Assembly: GCA_031835245.2 (NCBI GenBank)
Contig: JAVKOQ020000040.1
Span: forward strand, 124,001-188,000
Origin: Balamuthia mandrillaris
Lineage: Eukaryota
Direction: 5' to 3'
DNA length: 64,000 nt
This document shows, in pieces, positions 39,167-51,400 of the stretch; position 1 is the stretch's first letter; the number at the start of each line of letters is the position of its first letter. The notes under the pieces were generated by a model that saw only the letters and a program-made list of their open reading frames with translations, did no database searches and was not told where the DNA came from. Both the position numbers and the translations under genes were made by a program.

Positions 39167-40756
39167 TGCTGTTGTGTTCATGTATATTGCTTCGTTTGTG
39201 TTTTCTTTTCTTTTATCTAACTTTTATGTTTTTTGATATTAAAACTACAGGGAGGTATGATAGGCATAGTGATAATAGCATTGGTAACGGATCACTGCTG
39301 CAACCTGCTGGTGCAATGCAAGAACATGTTGCCGGATAGCGAGCACGTGCGGACGTACGGCCAAGTTGGCGTTCGTGTCTTTGGAAAACCTGGTCGCGTC
39401 CTTGTTGACTTTTTTCTCGTACTCTCTTCCTTTCATTTCTTTCTTTTTTCCTTTAGTTTGTTCTTTGTTCTTTTCTTTACAAACAAACTCCTTCTTACAA
39501 CAATGTCATGGAAGTAGGCTTTTACGCAATTGGGATTCTGTGTTGGGTATTTAATATTTATGGGACAAAACTTGAACAGCCTTTTGCCAGCATGCGTGCC
39601 TTACAGCATGTGTGTATTGATTCCTGTGATCCTCGCTCTTCCTCTATCTTTTGTAAAAAATGTCAAGGTATATTATTCTTCTGGTTTTCTTTTCTGTGTC
39701 TTCTGCAAGTTCTTCTGCTCCTTTGTCTCATTATCTGTCATGAATGCAGAAATTAGGTTGGACGAGTTTGGTAGCTGATGTGACGCTGATCTGCGGTATG
39801 GCGATGCTCTACTCCTTCTTCGACTTGGAGCGTCGCCACCAGCACAAAGGCTTCAACTGGGAAGGATTCCCTCTCTTCTTTGGACTGGTGACATCCTCTT
39901 ACGAGGGCATTGGCTTGGTTCTTCCCGTGGAGGCTACTATGAAGGCTCGTCCTGGCCGTTACGCTCGCATTCTACACTCTGTTTTGGTGTTTGTCACTCT
40001 TTTACTCAGCTGTTTTGGAGTGTTGGGTTATCTCACGTTTGCAGCGGAGACCAACTCGGTCATCACATTGAACCTTCCCGAAAGTGATCCTGTGGCCAAG
40101 GCTACCAAAATTTGCCTTCTGATTGCCATTCTTTTCACCTATCCTATGCAGCTATTTCCGGTGAGTGAGATCTTTGATGACATCTTGTTTGGGCGGAGAG
40201 ATGCTATGCCAGCCCGTGTTGTCGTCATCAACCAGCAGGATGCTGCTTCCATCGAGAATGGAGCCATCGCCTACAATAAGGTAATTTCTCTTTCGTTATT
40301 GCCTCCATGTTGTCTTCATCTTTAACAAAAAAAAAAAAAATAATAATAAACCCAAAGGAAGAAGCCAAGAAAAACAGCGACGATGAGGCTGACCAACCAC
40401 CACCCCAACCAGAACCCTCCTACTTTGACTGGCGGCGCAACCTCGTGCGCATCGTTCTCGTTCTATTCACTGGACTCATCGCCGTGTTGGTTCCTTTCTT
40501 CGGGTTGATATCCGGTTTGGTTGGCGCTCTGGGAAGTTCTCTCTTGGCCTTTCTGCTTCCTATTCTCTTTCACTTGCGGTTATGCTGGAGGGAGCTCCGA
40601 TGGTGGATCCGAGTTAAGAACTTTGTGCTGCTGGCGTTTGGAGGGTTGGCGCTTGGCGTTGGCACTTATTATGCGTTCAAAGACATCGTGGAGGAGTTGG
40701 GCAGTTCTCTCAAAGACGAGTTTGCTGATGAAGACTTTGGGGCTTGTTTTCGTTAA
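38515..40756 (+). CDS. Amino acid/auxin permease family transporter (SLC36/AVT3-like)
   Basis: NVLKSFIGSNFLGMPYAFSQAG, TYGQVG, TQLGFCVGYLIF, FFGLVTSSYEGIGLVLPVEATMK, LFTYPMQLFP, GLVGALGSSLLAFLLP. Multiple TM helices. Confidence 0.92.
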
Positions 40757-40783
40757 ACGAAACTGTTGAATAAATAAAAAACT

Positions 40784-43700
40784 CTATTCTTCAGAAGTAA
40801 CGTTCAAAGAAGACCACAAACGAATGAGATCGCTGTAATGCGATAAGTTGGATTTGGGTTGTTGCTGTTGCTGTTGCTGTTGGCACAACCGAAGCAGCTC
40901 CTCTGCGATGTTCTGTTCTGCGGTGGAGAGTTCCACGCTTGGTTCTTCTTGTTCTTCCTTCTCAGCCTCCAGGTCCATAAAGGAGGAAGAAGGAAGAAGG
41001 GACATACCATCCTGAACACTTTGTGCCTCCGCCTCGAACCTTGCTGCGATACGTTCTGCTGATTCTACCACCTCATCCACAACTCCCTTTGCATGAACGC
41101 GAAGTGTCAAAAGAGAGAGAGAGAGAGGGAAGAAGGAAGTAAAAGAGGAAAAAGAGAGTCGCTACGTACCGCCATGCGAGCCACATTCATGCCATAACTC
41201 TTGGGACAAACACCTTTTTGAACTTTATACAAGAACGTAACGTCCTTCCTGTTGTTTTTGTTTTTGTTATGTTCAGGAAAAAACACACGAGAAAAAGCAA
41301 AGGAAATGTACCGTTGCGGATCGATGTAACAAGACATGTGATGCAAAGACACTCTTTGGATGGGTTGTTGGCTTGCACCCTCTGCATCCGTCGGATCGTC
41401 ATTGTCGCTGTTGCTTTTGACTTCGTTGGTGAGAGCATGATAGTGAGTGGAGAACAACGTGCGACATCCCACTCGCTCTGCAATATCCTTCAACACTGCA
41501 TAAGCGATCGAATACCTGTTTGATTTTTAGTCTAGGGTAAGCGAGAGAGAGAGAGAGAGAGAGAGAGAGCAAATACCCATCAAAGGTGCTGGTTCCTCTT
41601 CCCAGTTCATCAAGAATGACCAACGAACGAGAAGTGGCATGACGCAATATACGAGCTGTTTCCTGAAGTTCAACCATGAATGTAGACTGTATTGAAAAAG
41701 GAGCACTGTGAATAGAGTATTTTTGGAGGGCGCGAGAGAGAGGATATTGAACAAAACCTGTCCACCCATGATGTTGTCATTTGCTCCAACACGAGTGAAG
41801 ATGCGATCTGCTGCCGTCAAGTAACATGCTGAAGCTGGCACGTAACATCCCATTTGGGCCATTATTACCAGGATACACGTCTGTTTAGGAGGAGGAAGAA
41901 GAAAATAGTTAAGAAGGGGAAGTGTAAGAAGATGAAGACCAACAAGACAAAGAAAATGAAGAGACCTGACGAAGGAGAGTAGACTTTCCGCCCATGTTAG
42001 GTCCAGTAAGCAACATGATGACGGATTCGGGGTCACATCTATCATTCTCTCGCTCCTCAATGACTCGTTTGAGTTCAGCATCATCACCGTACGCAGCCAA
42101 ACGGGAGACGTCGCCAATTATAAGGTCATTCGGAATGAACTCCTCCCCAGCACTCAACTGGATGCAGGGATGGGTCATTTGGCGCACGTAAAGGATAGGA
42201 GTTGGCGACGCTACGAAACGTGGTCGACACATTTGCTCTTTAGGTTTAGCGTTTCAAAAAAAAAAGAGTGAGTAAAGAGAGAGAACAAGGAGCAGAGAAG
42301 ATCCAAGAACAAGAAAGAGAAGAGAGAAGAGTACCTCCAGCAGTGGTAGAAGTCATGGCCAACGAGCACAGAGCATCCAACTCGGCAACGCAAGAAACGG
42401 CTTGCGACCACTTGTCAAAGTCTCGGTCGAATGTTTCCATGTTGCGCTCCAACAGCGCCGCATCGTTTTCTAAATGTAACCAACTCAGTTCAGTCTCTTC
42501 TCCTTGTTCTTCATTCTGTCTTTCTTCATCTGTCTTTGTTCTCTCGACTTCCCTCTCTTTGAAAAACGAGGAACAAAACAGTCAAGCAAAAGGAAATAAC
42601 ATACCTGCAAGTTCATCTTTGGCAGCTTCTAATTCGTGCACCAAAGCAGCTCTGGTTGGAGTGGAATAACGTCCGACATTCTTGGTCTCCGCTATCAACA
42701 CAAACTCCTCGGGCAGCTTCTTCACCTTCGCTCGATCCTTGCTCGACAGCTCCAGCAGATAGTTCTGGTTTCTGACCGTGACATAGTTGAGCTCTCCCTT
42801 TTTCAGGTCTAACTTCTTTCTGGTCTCCTCCAAATAGTCCTCTAGCTTTTGCTCCGCCTGTCTTACTTTTTGCAAAGCTGCATCGTAAACCGGATCAGCA
42901 CCTTCTTGGGCCACAATTTTTATCCGTTTATCACCATTTGAGGTTTGATCCTCTTCTCTGTAGAATGCTCGTTCAAAGTGTTCGAGCAACGGACCCACAT
43001 CAGGGAAGAGCCCTCTCCGTTTGCCTTTTAGTGCTTTGTTCTCCTCACTTGAAATGGTGAGAAGACGAGCAAGTCTTTTGCTGGTGAGTGTTGGTAGAAT
43101 ATCTTTTGTTTGGCTTATCATAGACTGTAAGAGAGAGAGAGAGAGAGAGAGAGAGCATTTACATATTCAGAAACATCGAAAAGAGAACGAGGGATGAGAG
43201 AAGAGAAGCAAGAAGAACAGCGAGAAGCAGAGAGCGAGAGAAGAGGAGAAGAGCGAGAGAGGCTCGAACCCAAATTTGATTAAAGCCATCCAAAATGGCG
43301 AGAAAGGCCTTCAGGTTGCTTTTCCCGGCATGAATACGAGAGAGCATTCTTTCCAAGTCTGGCAATTTGTGCAACGCAGTCGCTAATCTACCTTGAATCT
43401 ATTTGACGAAAAAAGTGAGAGCCAGTGAGAGATAGGGAGAGAGAGAAGTCAACAAGAGAAGAGAAAACAAAACAATGCAAAAAACAAAATGCAAAAAGTA
43501 TACCATTTGATTATCTCGGTTCAAGTCCTCAACGGCATTCAACCGGTCCTCAATATCTCCAACATTCTGTAACGGATAGCAAAGCCATTGACGCAGCAAC
43601 CTCTTGCCAAAGGGAGTACGACAATGATTGATCACTCGCCAAAGAGTGCCTTCCTCACGGTTCGATGAAGGCGAGTTGTTCTCAAAGATTTCTAAGTTGA

Positions 43701-44599
43701 GCAGAGTCTTTCCATCCATGATCAGCGGAAGAGACGGTTGGTCGTTCATCATTTCTTCCTCTTCCTCTTCCTCCTCTTCTGCTATTTCTCGCTTGACTAA
43801 CGAAGAAGAGGGAGATTGTTGATGCGTGTGATAGAGTTCAATGTGACCTTGAGAAAGAAGTTCTTTGTCAAGATAGAGTCCTTTGAGATAGTTCAAACAT
43901 CCTCCGAAAGCCTCCAAAGCTAACGAAGCCGTAATGACTCCTTCATCTTCTGCTTTCCTTCCTTTTTCCTCCACTTTTGTGACCAGTTCTCGAAGAACAC
44001 TTGGTAACTCTGATTCTTCTTCTTTTTCCTTCTTTATGTTCGTTTGAGAGGAAGAAGTGGAGGTGGTGAAAGATAGTGAATAAAGGAATTGGATGGCGGT
44101 TTGTACATTCGGAAAGTCGAGATTGTTTAAAGGTGTGGACTCATCCAAATGACATCTGAATGCTCTTCTTGTCTCAGCACTGCATTTCATCTAATATTAT
44201 ATGTTTAAACGTGAACATGACGAAGGAATAGAAATAAAAAACCTATATACCTTTTCATAGACAATCTCTTTTGGCTTCACCTGCAACAACAACGTTTCCA
44301 GTTGCGTTCGTTGCTCGTCATCCAACCAACCGCCCACAAAGAATCTGCCAGTGGAAGCATCCACAAAGCAAACTCCGTATGCTGCTCCTCCTTTATCTTC
44401 TCTTTCTTTCAGCGCTAACAAATAGGAGGCCTCCTGTCGATCCAATAACTCGGCATCCACTAACGTGCCTTGCGTTAGCACTTGGGTGATCTCTCTTGTG
44501 ATGATGTTTTGGTGGGCTTGCTATGGAGAAATAAGCCATTGGACGTGTTACGACGAGTAATACCGGGATCAGAATTGAGAGATGGAGATAGGAAGAGAG

Positions 44600-44636
<37 letters not shown>

Positions 44637-46332
44637 AAAAGAGAAAATGAAGAAGAAAAACGAGACGTCTAATTACCGCTTTGCCTTTGGTTTTGATATC
44701 TTTCTTACGATTCTGCAGACTTTGGTTGCTTTGGTCCACTCGGACCACTTTGAAACTGCATGCCATAAAAACAAACCAAAGTTAGAAGAACAAGAACCAA
44801 AAGAACAAGACGGAATGCGAAAACAGTACCCAAGACCAATGAGCTTGGCAGCGTACATCGTAAAACTATCGTTCTTGTCAGACCACCCAACAGTTCGCAT
44901 GCCCATGGCTCCCGTGGTGACCACCTTCAAGTCCAGCTCCCTGCCAACAATATCAGCATCCCTCTCGTAGAGCTCCCAAAAGGCGCCACACTTGAAGAAC
45001 ACGAGCTTGTCCCAGTGAGCACGCTTGATGCTCCAGTACTGCCGCTGAAAGGAGTTGAAGCTGCTGAACGTACGCTCGGGGATATACAGAGTGGAGGGGT
45101 CGTAGTTGGGGTCGGAGGGAGGTCGTTGTTGGGCGTCGCGAATGTTGTGCTCTGCTAACCAACTCTCATGAAGCTCTCGAAAGGTCTTTTTGTTCTGCTT
45201 GTTGTTTTTCGAAGGGGTAGATGGCAGAGAGAAACTCTTACTGCTTGTTTCATCTTCTGCGTATTCTTCCTCATCCTCTTCTCCGACTTCTTCTTCGTAT
45301 TCTTCGTCTCCTTCTGTTTCTTTTTGTTTTTTGCTTTTATATGTTGTTGGCTTTGTTGTTGTTTTCCGTTGCGTGTTGTTATCGTTCTGCTTTGCCTGTC
45401 GAATCTTCTGCAGTAACGTGTTCGTCAATCGAGCTCGCAAGGCCTTGTTGTTCCTTCTCCCGCCACACGTTTTTTGTGCGCTTCCTTCATCTCCTTCTTC
45501 TATCATTTGGTCGACCGCTTCGTTTGAGTCTGCTTTGCTTTTTTCTTCCTCTTGTTTTTCTTCTCCTCCTCCTATTTGTTCTGTCTCTTCTTCTCCGGAG
45601 AAAAAGGGAAGACGACGACGAGCAGGAGAAGTCATTCCCGTTCGAAGGTGATGAGAGAGAGCAGAGGAAGAGGCCGCCTCCGTTCGTGAAGGAGAACTAT
45701 AGAGATAGTTGCTTGGAGAGAACACTTTTTTTGAGAGATCAAATGAAGAAGACGCGAGTTTGTTTTGTTCTTCTTCTGCCTCGCTGTCTTGCTGTTGTTC
45801 TGTTGTGGCCTTTCGAGAGAAAGATGAAGAAGGTGGAGGAGTGTTGAGGAGTAACTGCTCTGCACGCCGTCTCTTCTTCTTGAGCGTTGTGGACTCACGA
45901 GGCGGGGGCGTCGATGAAGAAGAAGACGAAGAAGAAACGGTTTGCAAAGCGTTTAGCTCGGATGTTTCTTGTTGCGGTTCTTCTTCATCTTCGTCTTGCC
46001 TTCTTCGCTTCTTTCCACTCAAACCGTTATTATTTGTACTACTGGTAGGTTTAAACCAAAAAGTAAATGGAATGAAAAGAAAGAAAGAAAGAAACGACAA
46101 GAAAGAAAGAACGAAAGAAAGAAAGGAAAGAAACGACAAGAAAGAAAGAACGAAAGAACAGGCGGCAAAAAAAAGCATACGCAAGATTCGCTGTGGCGGG
46201 CGAGCGAGAGAAAAATGACAGCAAGGAGGTTTGTTGCTGTTTCGAGGCGGACGGCGGCGTTTGCGGCGCACCGCCCATGGCGTGTACTGCCCCATGGGAA
46301 GGCTTGGACTTTCTCGTCGGCGTGGAGGCCAT
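40784..46332 (-). CDS. MSH6: DNA mismatch repair protein MSH6 (MutS alpha subunit)
   Basis: N-terminal PIP box [32 protein letters not shown] (Phe-X-Glu), [69 protein letters not shown]. Confidence 0.95.
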
Positions 46333-46632
46333 CAACCGAAACGAAGACTTTCTTTTTTCTTTCTTTATAACTTTTATTTATTTTATTTATATTTTTCCCG
46401 CCATTTTTTTCTTGGCATATTTTCCATTGCTAAAATTTTTATCATGGTTGAGATTTTATTCATGCTTTGGATGATTCGCATTCTTATTATTTTTGTCGAC
46501 AGGCGAGAATGTGTGTGCTGCATTGTGTGTGTGTGTTTTGTTGGAGGTTCATTTTTTGGTTGTTTTTGGAGAGAGAACGGGGTTGGAAGGAGGAGGAGAA
46601 GGAGGTTCGTTAGTTTAGTGAAGGCGATCAGG

Positions 46633-47016
46633 TCAGGACTTCATTGGGATGTATTTTTTGGGTTGTGTTTTGGCAGGAGTGAGCATGCACTTGTCATAGG
46701 CGTCCATCTTTGTTTTGCAGGTTAGCAGTGCTCTTGTGCCAGCCATTGCTTCCTTTTTTTGTTTAACAAAGAATGCAGGAACATTGTTGTCACAACAAAA
46801 TAAGCGTGGAATTGATCAGCGAAAAAGGTTAATCGAGGAAACCAGTTCATGCATGGACGAACAAACCTTTCCTTTCTGTTCGCCCTCGACCGAGAAACAA
46901 TGAAAAAACTCCAAGGCTTGGTCCTTGCAGTCCTGCCGAATGGAAGGAAAGTGGTCCGCCACTCGCAACCCAGTTGTCGCGCTTTGCTGGCTGTCTTCTG
47001 TCGGCTGTTGCGCCAT
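46633..47016 (-). CDS. Small twin-CX9C protein (Mia40-substrate type, mitochondrial intermembrane space)
   Basis: Two exons (intron ~46753-46866) give CKDQALEFFHC and CKTKMDAYDKC, both exact C-X9-C. About 90 aa. Confidence 0.75.
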
Positions 47017-47208
47017 TTCGCCTTTCTCTTCTTTTCCTGCGTTAAATGTCGACAGAAAATATCAGGACGACGCGAAACAGGGTAGTTGTGCGATAATCTT
47101 CGCGACGACGTGAGCTTGTTATTTTATGCGGACTTTAGACTCCTCATGTAAGTCGACAAAAAAGAAGAAAGGGAGAAAGAAGTGGAGAGAGAGAGAAAAA
47201 AAGTACCC

Positions 47209-48173
47209 ATGACGAGCTCCACCACCACTAGCGGTGCCTTTGACGGGAGCCTTTGCTTGGGCGAGGAGGCGCTGGCCGGGTTGGACCTTCTTGCCGATGA
47301 TAGCCACCTCAGCGACAAAGATCTTGCCAAAGTGATAAAAGCGGCCATTAAGATCTTGCTCGCCAGAAAGAAGGAAGGATTGAACTCGAAAGGTTCGTTT
47401 TTTGTTGAGCGATTGGAATTCAAGTCTTTTATTTTCTGAATGCTCTCTCACAAAAATTAAAGACTTTGAGGTAGACCCGTTGGTGTTGAAGCAGGGCTAT
47501 GCCGCTGTGGTCAGCCTTTTGTTAGAAGCTACCAGAACAAATGCCGACGCGACCACTCTCCAGTAATTTCTTCCTTCTTTCTTGTCGCTTCGTTCTTTCT
47601 TTCTTGTCGTTGTTTTCGTCTTCTTCTTCTGTTGTTGTCGTTCTTGTTCTTCTTCTTGTTCTTCTTGTTCTTCTTGTTCTTGTTCTTCTTCTTCTTCTTC
47701 TTCTTCTTCTTCTTCTTCTTCTTCTTCTTCTTCTGCTTCTTCTTCTTCTTCTTGTGCTTTCTTGTCGTTTCTTTCTTTTCTTTCTCTAACAATAACAAAG
47801 GAGTGTACTGGCAGAACGTAACATGACGGAGAGACGGATAGCTCTCCTCACGGAAGGCTTTGAGTCACACAAGGCCCAACTGAAACAGCTCCTCTCCTGC
47901 ACCTCCTTTCACTTCCCTCACGTCGTCGACACAAAGTGGCGGCTGGACTATTGCATCAAGTCCAGGAACGTGGAGCGGCTCAACTCGGTCCTGTACCATA
48001 TCACTCTGAAGACGGAGGCTGGAAGCGGGGATGGCCGCCAAGGTGAGGCTGGCCATCCACACCCACAAGACGTGCGGTTTACATGCAGCCTCGAGGAGCT
48101 CCAGGACCTGGTCTACAAGTTGAGGGATGCCTGCAAGCAAACCGAAAACCATTACCAACGAATGTTGCAGTAA
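47209..48173 (+). CDS. COMMD3: COMM domain-containing protein (COMMD3-like)
   Basis: Three exons. LKQGYAAVVSLLLEA and C-terminal COMM domain PHVVDTKWRLDYCIKS...VRFTCSLEELQDLVYKLRDACK. Confidence 0.8.
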
Positions 48174-48436
48174 AACATGTCTTCATTGTCGACAGAAAAC
48201 TTGTGTCTGCAAAAAAGAGGACCAATTAACAATCAAATAAATGTCGACAAGATCTTATTTTCCGATTTAGCCAAATTTAATTAACAAAATTATGAAATTA
48301 TCAATCTATAAAAAATATATTATAGGAAGCAACAAAAAAAATGGGAAAATAACTCAAAATAAGCGCATAAGATAAAAGAAATAATAAAGAAGGAGCAGGA
48401 ACGTACAAGAACAAAAAAACCAAAAAAAAAAAAGAA

Positions 48437-51400
48437 ATGACAGAGAGCGGCTACGATTCCTCTGATATGGAACGAAATAGGGATGAAGAGGAAGAGGTAA
48501 CGTTCGGCACGGAGAGCGAAGGCGGCGGCGACGAGGAGGGCCATTTGAGGCAGCTGCTCCTGACCAAGGACGCCGAGATTGCTCGCCTCAGGGCAGAGCT
48601 GGAGAGAATGAAGGAACAGGACAGCCCAAGCGCTTCGACTCAGTCCTCCTCCAAGATCATTACCACCAAGAGAAAAGAGAAGAAGGAGAGGAAGGAGAAG
48701 GACGCCGAGGAGAACAACTTAACGGGCTCGGGGAGGCATAAGAGCATTGGCAGGCGGCTGGGCAGCTCTGTAGTCAGGCGTCATCGCTCCAAGTTGGAGG
48801 GAGCGGCCACCGATGTGGAGTCTTCTGATGGAGAGACTTCTGGGTCTGACAAAGGTTCGCTTTTTTATATTTTTTCATTGCTTTTATTTTTTCCATCTTT
48901 CTCTATTTTCTGTTTCATCGTTTCTTTTTCATCGTTTCTCCTTTTTCTTTTCTGACTTGAGTTCTTCTCATACCTCCCAACAGAGTCAACAAATCCCACC
49001 AGAAGAAGGAAGAAAACAGGGAGTCTGATCGAAGGCTTCATGCGCCGAAGAACAGCAACAACGGGGAGCGCTCCCGCTTCTCCTCTTTCATCTCCTTTGA
49101 TGAAAAGTGTAAACAACGCCAACAGCTTGCCCGCTTCCTCCGACAACGTTATCCTTACAAAAAGAGAGAAGAAGATGAAGAAACTGAAGGAGAAGAGAAG
49201 AAGCAAATCGTTACCTTCAGATGCGATGGACAAGCTCGCCAGAGAAGCAGAAGCAGATAAAGAAGAAGCAGCAGAGAAGAGGAACGAGACTGAAGAAGAT
49301 ATAGAAGAGAAAGGAAAGGACTCGGCTGTTGCGGATCGAAGAGAAGTGTTTCATCGAAAGAGAAGTACTTCTCAGAGACTGCTTCGTACGTTTCTCATTA
49401 AGAGAGATGCGAAAGACGAGGTCGAGGTGGAGCTGATCAAGAAGGAGAAAGAGAAGGAAAGGCTGAAAGCGAAGCTTGAAGAGAAGGAAAAAGCAAAGAA
49501 GCAAAAGAAGAAAACAAACCGGCGGCAACAACAAAAAGCAGAAGGAAAGGCCAAGGAAAGAACAGACATCAAAGAAGAGAGACTGGTTTGTAAACTCGGA
49601 AAGAATTGCAAGGAAGAAGACCCGGAGCACTTCATTCGTTACTCCCACACGCCGACCATCAAAGAGAAGAACGACAGCAATGCCATCAAAAGACCGACAG
49701 CTCAACAGCTGGCCGAAGAAATGGAGAAGGAGAAAGCAAAGGAGGAGAAGGGAAGTGAAGAGGAGGGAGAAGAAAAATTGTCAGACTATGAGGGAGATGG
49801 AGCGGAGGATCTGGAGATAGTGACGGAGGAGAACGTGCGCGTTACCGTCTCAACGGCTTTGAACGAGGCGGAGGAAGAGAAAGAAAAGGACGAGAGCGAA
49901 GAGGGAGAGGAGGAATTGGAGATCGTTACGGAGGAAAACGAGAGAGTGAAGGTCTCCTCCTCTCTGGACGAAGGACAAGACGGAACACAGGAAGAGCAAG
50001 AAGGGACAAAGTGAGCAAGGAAGCGAAGAGGAGAGAAACTTTTGTTTTGGAAAACTGTAACATTACTTTGAGAGTAACAAAATAGGAAAGTTAATTCACG
50101 TCGACATGAAAATGTCGGTTCATCGAATTGCCTAAAAAGGTCTTCCTTTGGATCCTCACAAACAGAGCTGCAGAAAACAAAAAGGAGGAGGAAGGAAGAA
50201 GAATACGGAACCGGGGGATGAGTGCTTTGGAGGACAGCGGTACAAATGTACGTAATCCTCCTCCGAGTTTTCACTGTGGAATCACTCTGACGTATTTTCT
50301 TGTTTGTTTTTATGGATTCAAGGGTGAGGTAGAAAATGATTCACAGGAACCCCCGAAGTGGAAACACCAAACCTTTTCCACTCCGGAGGCGGCCGCAAAC
50401 GAGCTCATGAAACGCATGAAAGAAGGAGAAAAGGAGGAAGAACGGCAACACAACAGGAAAATTTCTGGTGACAAGGAACCAGCTCCTAGAGACAGCAGAG
50501 CCAGCTCTGTTTCCTCCTCCGGAGGGTTTCACGTCGTGGTCTCTGGTACAATTAAACCTTTCTTACTGTTCCACTTTGGAGTTTGAAACAAGTACTAACG
50601 GTTTTGATTACAAGTAATGGGTGGACAAAACCTGTTGCCGAGAAGAGGACATGGTGAGGAGTCTCTTTTAGTTTACTTTTTTTCCCTTCCGTTTCATTTA
50701 TTTCTTGCTCTGTTTATGTAGATTCATGTGACGCCTTTTGCAAAGTGTTATGCGCGGACGATAAAGCTAAAACCAAAGTGGTGAAAAGTGACTCGTAAAT
50801 CCTCTCATGCTCTTCCCCCTCTTTTTTCCTGCCCTCTACTATTTTCCTCACCGTTTCTTCTTCTTCAAACTATAGCAATCCAGAGTGGAGAGAAACCTTT
50901 CACTTCCGTCTTGCCTCTCTTCAAAGTAAAAAAGTGAACATCACCGTTTGGGACACGCGTGGGGTCCGCCACAAGAAGCGACTCATCGGAGAGATAGACC
51001 TTCCACCGCTGGACGCCCTGACAACAAGCGGCATCAGCGGTTGGTTACCTCTTCATCTTCCCTCGGAAAGTCCCTTGATAAGAGGAGCTAGAAAGGAGGC
51101 GACCACAGACTCTTCTTCCTCTTTATCAGTGGCTTCTCTTAACACTGAAACATCCTCTTCTGAAAAAGAGAAAGAAAAGGAGGAGCGTAAGAGACGAGGA
51201 ATGCTTAAAGTGGCGATGATGGTAGAAAAAATCTCTCCGGGAAGTGAAGAATCGGAGAGGAGCAAAGACTCAACAACCGCAACTTCCAACGGATCATATA
51301 ACTCTACCCCTAAGGCTCTTCGTTTCCATCTGGACATGCAAGCCGTTCGAGCCTCCACAACAGCCGCATCCACAACAGCCATTCCAGTGATGAAGTTTGA

